From positions 1,024 through 65,023 of the forward strand of contig CAYNDV010000006.1 of assembly GCA_964396055.1 (NCBI GenBank): a stretch of DNA of 64,000 nucleotides, in the 5' to 3' direction. The position numbers and the translations under genes were made by a program. The notes below the pieces were generated by a model. That model saw only the letters and a list, made by a program, of their open reading frames with translations, had not been told where the DNA came from and ran no database searches. How positions within the stretch are numbered: position 1 is the stretch's first letter; each line of letters begins with the position of its first letter. The stretch comes from an uncultured Vicinamibacterales bacterium (GTDB lineage Bacteria > Acidobacteriota > Vicinamibacteria > Vicinamibacterales > JAKQTR01). Below are positions 17,653 through 27,419 of the stretch, in pieces.

Positions 17653-19101
17653 TCAGCGGGTGATGCGGCCGGCCGCCCCCGGCACCGGGTCCTCGGCCGC
17701 GCCGACGACCGGCTCCACGAAGGTCCGGTACGCATCCTCATAGCCACGGGCAATCAGCTCTTCCAGCGTCTGCACGCGATCGGACCGTTCGTCGTACGAC
17801 CCGGTGAAGTCCAGGGGACTCGCCGCGTTGTGCGCCGGGCTGATGACGTGCAGCGTCCGGAACGACCCCTCTCGCGCGCGGACGGCGTCGCGCACCGCCG
17901 CCGCCTCCTGCGAGGCCAGCCATTCGCCCAGCTTGCCGAACCCGTCGATGCGCGGCGCCGCCAGCGCGTGCGGCGCGCCCGCGCTCGACGCGGCCGAGAC
18001 GATGACCACCTGCTCGGCGCCCGCCGCCAGCACCTCGTCGAGGACCCGCGCCACGGCTCCCGGCCGGTCGCACAGGCGGTGCGTCTCGCCGCGCCAGTGG
18101 CTCTCGGCCGCAAAGGTGACGGGCCAGGCCGGTGTCGCCACCGGCAGGCTCTGCGCGGCGGCCAGCACGTCGGCCACATGGTCGCGGTCCACGCCCGTCA
18201 GGTCGAATGTCTCCCCCGCGCGATGCGTCCAGCCCCCGGTGCCCGGCCCCCGCCCGAAGAACGCGCGGCGCCACGGCTCGGCCAGCGCCGCGAAGGTGAG
18301 ATCCTGCCGGCTGTCGAGGTCGTGCACGACGGCCACGACTTCCCGGAACCCGGGCTGCCCCAGGTTGTCCGACAGCAGCTCGGCGTACCGCCGTGACAGC
18401 TCGGTCGTGTCGGGCGCCGCCACGCGGGCGCCCCCGGCCAGCAGGTGCCACAGCTGCCCGCGCCAGAACGCCATCACCTCGTGCGACCCCAGGGGCGCGC
18501 CGAGCACGCGCCACCAGAAACGCCCGTGCTCGCGGAAGCGCCCACGCAGCCTCCCGCGCCACGAGGCCGCCAGCAGGAGCAGCAGGACGACCGTCAGCAG
18601 CAGCAGGGCGATCTGGGGCACCCACGTGGGAAGCCGATCCGGCAGGAACGCCTCGTGGACCAGGGCCGTGTAGCGATCGGCCACCGTCGAGGCCGAGGGC
18701 AGACCCGCCAGCCCGAGCAGGAAGGCCGCCAGGTACACCAGCGCGCCGGTCGCGACCGCGAGCAGCGGCAACACCACGACGGCCAGCGCAGCCCCGAGGA
18801 CCCACCCGAGCGCCCGGATGGCGGGCCGCCACGCGTAGAACCGGGCCACGTCGCGCCGGCGCCACGCCCCGTCAGGGGCCCACAGCCGCGCGCCGCCGTC
18901 GATGGCGGCAAAGAGGGTCCCAACGACACCGATGCCGTGCCCGGCCACGAGGTCGAACCGCACGCCCGCCTCGGTGAGCGCCTTCAGCGCGCCCGCCTGA
19001 TAGGCGCCAGCCGTGCCGGTCCCCGTCAGAACGACAGCGGTCCGATGCCGCGGGGAATAGCCCGCGTCCTGCCGTGCCGGGGTGACGAGAGGTCCCGTCA
19101 T
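17653..19101 (-). CDS. patatin-like membrane protein with degenerate active-site motifs
   Basis: 482 aa; VVLTGTGTAGAYQAGALKALTEAGVRFDLVAGHGIGVVG aligns to the patatin GGGxRG...GxSxG region but reads GTGTAG and GHGIG (no Ser); 4-5 hydrophobic helices follow. Confidence 0.6.
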   Translation of the reverse strand: MTGPLVTPARQDAGYSPRHRTAVVLTGTGTAGAYQAGALKALTEAGVRFDLVAGHGIGVVGTLFAAIDGGARLWAPDGAWRRRDVARFYAWRPAIRALGWVLGAALAVVVLPLLAVATGALVYLAAFLLGLAGLPSASTVADRYTALVHEAFLPDRLPTWVPQIALLLLTVVLLLLLAASWRGRLRGRFREHGRFWWRVLGAPLGSHEVMAFWRGQLWHLLAGGARVAAPDTTELSRRYAELLSDNLGQPGFREVVAVVHDLDSRQDLTFAALAEPWRRAFFGRGPGTGGWTHRAGETFDLTGVDRDHVADVLAAAQSLPVATPAWPVTFAAESHWRGETHRLCDRPGAVARVLDEVLAAGAEQVVIVSAASSAGAPHALAAPRIDGFGKLGEWLASQEAAAVRDAVRAREGSFRTLHVISPAHNAASPLDFTGSYDERSDRVQTLEELIARGYEDAYRTFVEPVVGAAEDPVPGAAGRITR

Positions 19102-19117
19102 GGTCGCCGCCCGGTAC

Positions 19118-19588
19118 TCAGGCTTCGTCGTGAATCGTGGTGAGCTTCAGCATCTCGAAGACACGGGTGCCCGTGGGTGTCGGCACCGTGACCTCGTCGC
19201 CTTCCTGCTTGCCCACAATCGCCCGCCCGATGGGCGACGCGGTCGAGATCAGCCCCTTGGTGGGATCGGCGTCCTCGGGCATCACCAGCTGGTAGATCAC
19301 GATCGCGTTGGTGCCATCCTCGCGCAGCCGGACCGTGGAGCCGAACGCCGCACGATCGGCCGGCAGGCGATCGAAGTTCATCAGCGAGATCTCGGCCATG
19401 CGCTTGCGCAGCATGCCCATGCGGGCCTGAACGTAGCTCTGCCGCTCCTTGGCCGCCTGGTACTCGGCATTCTCGCTGAGGTCGCCGAGTTCGCGCGCCC
19501 GCTTGATCTCCTTCGGCAGTTCCTGGCGCAGTTCGCGATCCAGATCGGCCAGTTCTTCTTCGAAGCGCTTCAGGATACGTACCCTCAT
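19118..19588 (-). CDS. greA: transcription elongation factor GreA
   Basis: 156 aa; LRQELPKEIKRARELGDLSENAEYQAAKERQ coiled-coil finger and C-terminal FKBP-like domain. Confidence 0.95.
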   Translation of the reverse strand: MRVRILKRFEEELADLDRELRQELPKEIKRARELGDLSENAEYQAAKERQSYVQARMGMLRKRMAEISLMNFDRLPADRAAFGSTVRLREDGTNAIVIYQLVMPEDADPTKGLISTASPIGRAIVGKQEGDEVTVPTPTGTRVFEMLKLTTIHDEA

Positions 19589-19601
19589 GCTGCCCTCATG
19601 G

Positions 19602-19655
19602 GTGTCGGTGCCCGCGGCCGTGTGCGCCCCCCGGGAGGCACCGCCGCACCGACAC
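19602..19655 (-). promoter_or_regulatory. long stem-loop in the greA 5' leader
   Basis: GTGTCGGTGC (19602-19611) is the reverse complement of GCACCGACAC (19646-19655); on the minus strand the structure ends 13 nt before the greA ATG, next to the GAGGG Shine-Dalgarno. Confidence 0.35.
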
Positions 19656-19721
19656 GCGGCGTGGCTTCCTTAGCCCGGGCTCGACACAGCAAGGATAATC
19701 AGGCAGTTTACCATATCTGCT

Positions 19722-20575
19722 ATGCTCGACAGGCGGCGCGCCAGCCGCCGAAGGGCCACCGTGCAGACCATCTCCAGCCGCCAGCATCCGTTCGTCAAGC
19801 GTTGTCGCGCCGCGGCGGCGCGGCGCGGATCGCCGGGCGAGGCCGTCCTGCTCGACGGCATCCACCTCGTCCACGACGCCCTGGCCGCCGGGCTCGTCAT
19901 CGACGTGGCGGCGGTGACCGCCTCGGCGCTGACGCACCCGGAGATCGAGGCCCTGGTGGCCGCCCTCGGGGCGGCCGGCGTGGACGTGATCGAGGTGACC
20001 AGCGCCGTGATGGACGCCGCCAGCCCGATGACCACGCCGGCAGGTCTCCTGGCCCTCGCCGAGTCACCCGCCGCCACCATCGAGGACGTGCTGCCCCCGC
20101 CGGCCGCCCTGGCCGTGGCCCTCATGGGCGTCCAGGATCCCGGCAACGTGGGCGCCGTCGTGCGCGCCGCCGACGCCGCCGGGGCCTCCGGCGTGCTTGT
20201 CTGCGACGGCAGCGCCGACCCCTTCGGCTGGAAAGCCCTGCGGGGATCCATGGGCAGCGCGTTCCGGGTGCCGGTGGCGCCCGGCGTGGGCGTCACGGGC
20301 GTGCTGGCCGCCGCGCGCGCCCGGCACGTGCGGGTGCTGGCGGCCGTGCTGGACGGGGACGCGCCCAGCCTGTTCACCTGCGACCTCACCGGGCCCACCC
20401 TGCTGCTGCTGGGCGGCGAGGGGCACGGCGTCCCGCGGGCCGCCGTCTCGGACGCCGACGGCCGCATCCGAATCCCCATGGCCAGCGGCGTGGACTCGCT
20501 CAACGTGGCCGTCGCCGCGGGCGTGCTGCTGTTCGAGGCCCGCCGGCAGCGGACCGCTGCGGGAGGAGGCCCGCG

Positions 20576-20579
<4 letters not shown>
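19722..20579 (+). CDS. TrmH/SpoU-family RNA 2'-O-methyltransferase
   Basis: 285 aa; VQDPGNVGAVVRAADAAGASGV, LLLGGEGHGV, IPMASGVDSLNVAVAAGVLLFE are SpoU motifs 1-3. Confidence 0.88.
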
Positions 20580-21952
<1,373 letters not shown>

Positions 21953-21984
21953 TCCGCCGCGCCGGCCGCCGGGGCGGCCCGCGG

Positions 21985-22917
21985 CTACGACGCCCCGCCC
22001 CGGGCGAAGACGTCCGTGCTCAGGTACTTCAGGCCGTGGTCGCAGAGCAGCGTGACCACCGTGGCGCCCGGGCCCAGTCGACGGGCCACCTGAACGGCCG
22101 CCAGCACGTTGGCCCCGGACGACGTGCCGGCAAACAGCCCTTCCTCGCGTGCCAGCCGCCTCGCCATCGCCTTGGCCTCCTCGGTCGGCACCGGAACGAT
22201 CTCGTCAATCACCGACGGGTCCCACAGGGGCGGGATGTAGCCGATCCCCACGCCTTCGATCTTATGTGGTCCCGGCGTCCCGCCTGCCAGCACCGGCGAT
22301 TCGGCGGGCTCGACGGCGGCGGCACGAATCGCCGGGTTCCGACGTTTCAAGGCAGACGCGACGCCGCGCGACGACGCGGCGGTGCCGACGCAGTGGACGA
22401 AGGCCGAGACGCGGCCCCCGGTCTGCTCCCAGATCTCGTCGCCCAACGCGTCGTAACCCGCGATCGTGTCGGGGTTGTGCAACTGATTGGTCCAGAACGT
22501 CCCCGGGGCCTCGGCCAGCTGCCGTGCCGTCTCGATCATGTCGAGAATCAGCTTCTTCGTGGTCTTCCCGCCTTCGGAGGGCACCAGCGTCAGCCGCGCG
22601 CCGAGCGCCGCCATGTGAGCGAGCTTCTCGCGGCTGAAGGCATCGGAGCTGACGATGTGGATCGGGTAGCCCTTCGCGGCGCAGACCAGCGCGAGCGACG
22701 TCCCGGTGCTGCCGCCGGTGTACTCGATCACCGTGCCGCCCGGCTTGAGGCGCCCGTCCCGCTCGGCCCGCTCGATCACCGCCAGGGCCATCCGGTCCTT
22801 CATGCTGCCGGTCGGGTTCTCCCCTTCCAGCTTGACGAGGATGTCCGCGCATCCGGGGGGCACCACCTTGCGAAGCCGGACCATCGAGGTCCGGCCGATC
22901 GCCTGCAGCACGTCCAT
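21985..22917 (-). CDS. cysK: cysteine synthase / PLP-dependent beta-substituting enzyme (CysK/CysM family)
   Basis: 310 aa from ATG 22917; LEGENPTGSMKDR (PLP-lysine motif), GGSTGTSLALV, GVGIGYIP, GTSSGAN. Confidence 0.88.
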   Translation of the reverse strand: MDVLQAIGRTSMVRLRKVVPPGCADILVKLEGENPTGSMKDRMALAVIERAERDGRLKPGGTVIEYTGGSTGTSLALVCAAKGYPIHIVSSDAFSREKLAHMAALGARLTLVPSEGGKTTKKLILDMIETARQLAEAPGTFWTNQLHNPDTIAGYDALGDEIWEQTGGRVSAFVHCVGTAASSRGVASALKRRNPAIRAAAVEPAESPVLAGGTPGPHKIEGVGIGYIPPLWDPSVIDEIVPVPTEEAKAMARRLAREEGLFAGTSSGANVLAAVQVARRLGPGATVVTLLCDHGLKYLSTDVFARGGAS

Positions 22918-22988
22918 GTCTTCACCCTCCGGAAGTCGCGTCCGCGAATCGCCCCATTGTCGCCGATCCCGACGCCGGCGGGCACGTG

Positions 22989-23603
22989 TCAGTGCCCCAC
23001 GTGCGGCTTCACCAGCATCGCGCTCAGGCTGCGGCCGGCGATCGCGCTGCCAGCCGCCTCGAAGCCGGCCGCCGCCGCTTCGCTCAGCGACTCGTCGAAA
23101 CCGCTGGCGGTCACGTGCCCGGCCGGTTCGACGATCACCACGCGGCCGCCGGGCACGAGGACCGCGTGCACCTGCCTGAAGAACCGGAGGCGATCGGGTA
23201 TCTCGTGCAGCACGTGCATCGCGACGACGAGGTCGGCCCGCCCCTCGAACGCGTCGAGGTTCAGGGACGTCTCCGAACAGACGACCGGCCGGATCCGGTC
23301 GGTCACCCCCGCCCGGCGGGCTCGCCGCAGGAGCCCGTCGATCATGCGAGGCTGCAGGTCCACCGCCACGACCGTGCCCGCCGGCCCGACCAGCCTGGCG
23401 AGCGGCAGGGTGAAGAACCCCATGCCGCAGCCGGGTTCGACCACGGTCATGCCGGCTGTGACGAAAGGCGCCAGCAGGCGTGCGGGTGATTCGACGAGGC
23501 GCCGCAGCGGATTGGCGAGCAGCGGCCCGAGCCACCAGGGGCACACATGAGGGGCCGCCGGCGGCGTGGGCAACAGGGATGGGGCTGGTCTATCAGGTCT
23601 CAT
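22989..23603 (-). CDS. class I SAM-dependent methyltransferase
   Basis: 204 aa from ATG 23603 (GGAGGGG immediately upstream); VVEPGCGMGFFT motif I, VVAMHVLHEIPD, LVPGGRVVIVE. Confidence 0.8.
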   Translation of the reverse strand: MRPDRPAPSLLPTPPAAPHVCPWWLGPLLANPLRRLVESPARLLAPFVTAGMTVVEPGCGMGFFTLPLARLVGPAGTVVAVDLQPRMIDGLLRRARRAGVTDRIRPVVCSETSLNLDAFEGRADLVVAMHVLHEIPDRLRFFRQVHAVLVPGGRVVIVEPAGHVTASGFDESLSEAAAAGFEAAGSAIAGRSLSAMLVKPHVGH

Positions 23604-23611
23604 ACCCCTCC

Positions 23612-23646
23612 AATACGAGTCCTGGCTCGCATTCGACGCTCGTATT
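23612..23646 (-). promoter_or_regulatory. hairpin adjacent to the methyltransferase ribosome-binding site
   Basis: AATACGAG (23612-23619) and CTCGTATT (23639-23646) are reverse complements with a 19-nt spacer; on the minus strand the 3' arm ends 2 nt before GGAGGGG-ATG. Confidence 0.25.
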
Positions 23647-23828
23647 CCCCGACCAGTGACCTCGGTGGCCGCCCCGGGCCGGCGTGTCCGTGAGCTCCCT
23701 CTCCCACCGCGTGGCTGGCGCACGGCTCGGCGGGCCGGTTCGACCGTCACGACGCCATGGATGCAGCGGCCCTCGCGATCTGCCGGTACGTCGAGGCCAC
23801 GCCGTGAAGGCCTTCTCGCCGACAGCCG

Positions 23829-24248
23829 TCACGGCGCCTGCCGCCGGCGCCCGGCCCGCACAGGCGGCCATCGCCACCACGTGGCGGCTACGGCCAGGCC
23901 GAACAACGTATATGTGAGCGTGAACACCCAGGCGGGCGCCTCGTAGTAGATGAGCCGCTGCAGCCAGTGTTCGATGAAGCTGCCGCTGTAGGTCGTGGCG
24001 CGGGCGCGGTCACGCAGCCACATTTCGAGCGTGGTCAGCGGACACACCTCGCCGAGCCAGGCCTGGAGGACGATGACGGCCACGGCTGCGAGGTGGGTGA
24101 TCCTGAACGCCAGGGACCGGGAGATCCGCCAGCCGCGCCGGTAGCCCGCCGCCACGGCGATGAGTCCGCCGATGACGAACCCCACGACGGCCGCATGCAG
24201 CGCGAGCACGGCATCGGCCAGCGCCTGCCAGGGCCAGGGGTCAGTCAT
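23829..24248 (-). CDS. DUF2784 domain-containing membrane protein
   Basis: 139 aa; LALHAAVVGFVIGG...LQAWLGEVCPLTTLEMWLR matches my memory of DUF2784. Confidence 0.7.
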   Translation of the reverse strand: MTDPWPWQALADAVLALHAAVVGFVIGGLIAVAAGYRRGWRISRSLAFRITHLAAVAVIVLQAWLGEVCPLTTLEMWLRDRARATTYSGSFIEHWLQRLIYYEAPAWVFTLTYTLFGLAVAATWWRWPPVRAGRRRQAP

Positions 24249-24786
24249 GGGCTCGTCGCACCCATCGCTCCAGGCGGTACCGGCTGAGCCGCAGGTGCAG
24301 CACGGGGTACAGGTTGCCGGCCACTTGTACGAGTGTCACCAGACACAGGCTCCCCCACTCGCCCCGCACGGCGAGCAGTCCCATGTACGGCACCACGAGC
24401 AGGCCAACGTACAGGTGCGAGGCTTCGGCGGCTTCGAGCTGATACCGCAGGCGCGCGGTGTCGATCGATCCCGGGCCGGCATACACGTCCAGGTTCAGCA
24501 GCCTGAACGGCGTGCGCCGCAGCAGGCGGCCGAACGCCCGCACGCCCAGCCACCGGTACAGCGGCCCCTGCGCCTCCCACCGACGCACATGGCGCCAGGG
24601 CGGGGGCACCCGGATCGGCACCACGGGCCGAGCCATGGCGGCGAGGCCCAGTGAACAGATCATGGCGATGATGACGAACCACGGCGAGTCGAGGCGGAAC
24701 GGGACCGCGCGGCGGATCACTATGAACGCGGCACCGTAGCCGCCGGCCACCGCTGCGAAACGCCACCACAACAGCTGCCGGCTCAC
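24241..24786 (-). CDS. hypothetical polytopic membrane protein (possibly CrtO-like acyltransferase family)
   Basis: Start set to GTG 24786, which overlaps the upstream stop as GTGA; C-terminal VAGNLYPVLHLRLSRYRLERW resembles the NxYPIMxQRYNR motif of glycosyl-diaponeurosporenoate acyltransferase-like proteins. Confidence 0.5.
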   Translation of the reverse strand: MSRQLLWWRFAAVAGGYGAAFIVIRRAVPFRLDSPWFVIIAMICSLGLAAMARPVVPIRVPPPWRHVRRWEAQGPLYRWLGVRAFGRLLRRTPFRLLNLDVYAGPGSIDTARLRYQLEAAEASHLYVGLLVVPYMGLLAVRGEWGSLCLVTLVQVAGNLYPVLHLRLSRYRLERWVRRAHD

Positions 24787-26048
24787 TTGTCGGTGAGGGC
24801 CTGATAGGCAACGGCCTTCGTCAGCACCTGCACCTCGAGGTCGCACGGCATCCGCTGCGTCATCACCAGCACGATAAGGCGTTCTTGCGGGTCGACCCGG
24901 AAGAAGGTGGACGCCGCGCCGTCCCAGCCGAAATCACCCACCGATCCGTACCCCGTGGTCTGCGCCACGTCCGTCGTCACGGACATCGTGAAGCCGTAGC
25001 CGTTGCCGCCGTTCTTCCCGCCCCAGGGTGCCGGCGCCACCCCCGGCGGCAGCTGGTTCATCGTCATCAGCCCCACGGTCCGCGGACTCAGCAGACGGAC
25101 CCCGTCCAGTTCGCCGCCGCGCAGCAGCATGGTCGCAAAGCGCAGGTAGTCGGCGGTGGTGGACACGAGGCCCCCGCCCCCTGACAAGAGCCGCACCCGG
25201 TCGGGGCGGTACCGGTCGACAGCCGACATCGGTGGAACGACGAGGAGCCCTTTCTCGGGGCTGTAGTTGTAGAGCGACGCGAGGCGCGGCAGCTGGGCGT
25301 CGGAGACCGAGAAGCCGGTGTCGATCATCTTCAACGGTCCGAAGATCCGGGTCCGGAAGAACTCGTCGAGGGTCATTCCCGAGATGATCTCGACCAGCCG
25401 CCCGAGAATGTCCATCGAGATGCCGTACTCCCACTTCGTCCCCGGCTGGAACAGGAGGGGCACCTTGCAGACGGCTTCGGCCGATTCGGCGAGCGTGCGC
25501 GTGGGATCCATGACGTGCGCCGCCTGGTAGCTGCGGCCGACCGCCGTGCCGGGGCTGCCGTAGGTCAGTCCAGAGGTGTGGCGCAGCAGGTCGCGCACCG
25601 TCATCTCCCGCGCCGCCTTGACCGTCTTGAGCCCGTCCGGGCCGTCCGATTCGAAGACCTGGAGATCCCGGTAACACGGAATGAACTTCGAGACCGGGTC
25701 GTCGAGCCTGAACCGCCCCTCTTCGAGCAGCATCATGACGGCGACGCCCGTGATCGGCTTCGTCATCGAGAAGATGCGGTAGAGGCTGTCCTTCTTCAGC
25801 AGCGCCTTCGTCGCGAGATCGGCGTAGCCGAACTCCTGCTGGTAGGCGACCCGCCCGTCCCGGGCGACGGTGACGCTGATGCCGGCGAACTTGCCGTCCT
25901 TCAGCAACTGGTCCACGGCCGGCGCGACACGTGCGAGCCGTTCGCCGGAGATCCCGGGCACGACGGGAGCCGGCTTGGCAGCCTGCCGCGCCAACACGGT
26001 GGCGGCGAGCATGACGAGGGCGGACGAGAGTACGACGAGACGCTTCAT
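24783..26048 (-). CDS. serine hydrolase, class C beta-lactamase/PBP-like family
   Basis: 421 aa from ATG 26048 (MKRLVVLSSALVMLAATVLA signal peptide); FSMTKPITG = SxxK active site. Confidence 0.85.
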   Translation of the reverse strand: MKRLVVLSSALVMLAATVLARQAAKPAPVVPGISGERLARVAPAVDQLLKDGKFAGISVTVARDGRVAYQQEFGYADLATKALLKKDSLYRIFSMTKPITGVAVMMLLEEGRFRLDDPVSKFIPCYRDLQVFESDGPDGLKTVKAAREMTVRDLLRHTSGLTYGSPGTAVGRSYQAAHVMDPTRTLAESAEAVCKVPLLFQPGTKWEYGISMDILGRLVEIISGMTLDEFFRTRIFGPLKMIDTGFSVSDAQLPRLASLYNYSPEKGLLVVPPMSAVDRYRPDRVRLLSGGGGLVSTTADYLRFATMLLRGGELDGVRLLSPRTVGLMTMNQLPPGVAPAPWGGKNGGNGYGFTMSVTTDVAQTTGYGSVGDFGWDGAASTFFRVDPQERLIVLVMTQRMPCDLEVQVLTKAVAYQALTDK

Positions 26049-26155
26049 GGCGTGGCGCTCCTGGGCGGGGCACAGATCGCGGCGTCGCGGGGCAACCGGG
26101 GGCCGTTCATCATCCCACCGCCCGGTCGCCGCCGCAAGCGGACGCCGACGCCGCC

Positions 26156-26647
26156 TCAGGACGCGCGCCGCGGGCGCAGGCGCTTGAGCAGCTGGATCTG
26201 CCCGGCGTGGTACACGTCGTGGGCCGCAATACCAGTGATGAGCATCCGGTTCGGCACGCGGCTGCCGGGCGTGCAACGCTCAAGGTCGGCCGGCGACAGC
26301 TGCTCGACGGCCCGTCTGAGCTGCCGGTGCTCGGCGACGAGCAGCGCGACGTCGGCCTTCCACTGCGCGTCACGATCGGTGACGCCACCCGGCCGCTCGA
26401 ACCAGTTCGATCCCTTCAGGGTGAAAGCGCCGCGTTTCTCACCGGTCAGGCGCCGCCGGACCGCGTACTTCCAATACGCCGCGTGGACGGCAATCTCCCA
26501 GATGTTGTGCCGGCCAGGTGCCGGACGCCACAGCACGTCCCGGGCGGCGAGTCCCCGGATCGAGCCACGCAGGTTCGTGCCGTGCCATGACCGGCGGTCA
26601 AAGGCCTCGTCGATGGCCGCGAGGAGACTCGCCGTCGCGTCGTTCAT
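26156..26647 (-). CDS. DinB family protein
   Basis: 163 aa from ATG 26647; NIWEIAVHAAYWKY and GIAAHDVYHAGQIQLLKRL are the DinB-fold His-containing helices; ATGA overlap with upstream gene. Confidence 0.75.
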   Translation of the reverse strand: MNDATASLLAAIDEAFDRRSWHGTNLRGSIRGLAARDVLWRPAPGRHNIWEIAVHAAYWKYAVRRRLTGEKRGAFTLKGSNWFERPGGVTDRDAQWKADVALLVAEHRQLRRAVEQLSPADLERCTPGSRVPNRMLITGIAAHDVYHAGQIQLLKRLRPRRAS

Positions 26648-27075
26648 GTCGTCGTCCGTGAGGGGCGCGGCCTCGCACCCAGCGTGCCGCCGAGCCACGC
26701 CATCGGGAGGTAGGCCACGACGTTGTCGAGGATGTTGAACCAGGCGGGGCCCGGCAACACGAAGCTGTTCGTCACGCCGCCGGCGAGGAACACCACGCCG
26801 ATGACGAAGGCCAGCCCGAGGCGGCGGGTGGCCGCCAGGAGAGCGGTCACGGCCGCGCCCGCGAACGTACCCAGCGCATGCGCGAGAAACGGGAACACGA
26901 AGTGCCTTGGCTCGAACAGGTGCAGCGACTGCCGCAGTCCCTCCATCGTCGTCACATCGGCGCCCGCGGGCGGCGGGATGACCGCAGGGCCCAGCAGCAC
27001 CAGACCCATGTTGACGACGCCGCCAGTAACGACGCCGGCCACCACCGCCAGGACATTGCGCACGACAGGGTTCAC
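26644..27075 (-). CDS. hypothetical 4-TM membrane protein
   Basis: 143 aa; four hydrophobic helices; 4-nt overlaps with both neighbours. Confidence 0.6.
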   Translation of the reverse strand: MNPVVRNVLAVVAGVVTGGVVNMGLVLLGPAVIPPPAGADVTTMEGLRQSLHLFEPRHFVFPFLAHALGTFAGAAVTALLAATRRLGLAFVIGVVFLAGGVTNSFVLPGPAWFNILDNVVAYLPMAWLGGTLGARPRPSRTTT

Positions 27076-27419
27076 GAGGGGTCTCCTTCACGTCCGGCTC
27101 GGCGCCTGGGCCGGAAGGCCCAGACCGAAGCCATCCCGATGATAACGGCCGCCGTCTCGAATCCCAACCGCACGCCGTTGACGGCTACCCGCGAGGCCGA
27201 CGGCGCCCCCGGCGGCGGCCCGAAGCGCGCCTCGAGCGCCTGTTCCGCCATCGCCAGCGACGGCGGCTGCCACCGTGGATGATGCCCCAGGGCCGCGTGC
27301 CGGATCGGCACCGCGGCGTCGATCACCATGTAGGGCGGACAGGCCAGGACGCCGGCGATGACCGCCGTCCCAGCCAGGAGCACGATGAACCGTGCACGCT
27401 GCATGGCGCCTCCCGTCAC
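27072..27419 (-). CDS. hypothetical small membrane protein or lipoprotein
   Basis: 115 aa; GTG 27419 overlaps the phosphatase stop (GTGA), alternative ATG at 27404; IAGVLAC lipobox-like motif and a C-terminal hydrophobic helix. Confidence 0.5.
   Translation of the reverse strand: MTGGAMQRARFIVLLAGTAVIAGVLACPPYMVIDAAVPIRHAALGHHPRWQPPSLAMAEQALEARFGPPPGAPSASRVAVNGVRLGFETAAVIIGMASVWAFRPRRRAGREGDPS

Noticed and set aside
17653-19101. Annotating the patatin-like protein as an active phospholipase
   Set aside because: The GxSxG serine and the oxyanion-hole basic residue are both substituted in the only region that aligns, so activity cannot be assumed.
21985-23544. 519-aa minus-strand ORF spanning the cysK-like gene and the methyltransferase
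   Set aside because: Only the C-terminal 310 codons (from ATG 22917) look like a PLP enzyme. The N-terminal half overlaps the methyltransferase gene in another frame and is Arg/Pro/Gly-rich.
23694-23807. Short plus-strand frame with high third-position G+C (…AWLAHGSAGRFDRHDAMDAAALAICRYVEATP-stop) in the DUF2784 / methyltransferase spacer
   Set aside because: It has only about 37 codons, no start with an RBS, and no recognisable similarity. It may be another gene remnant, but the evidence is too thin to call.
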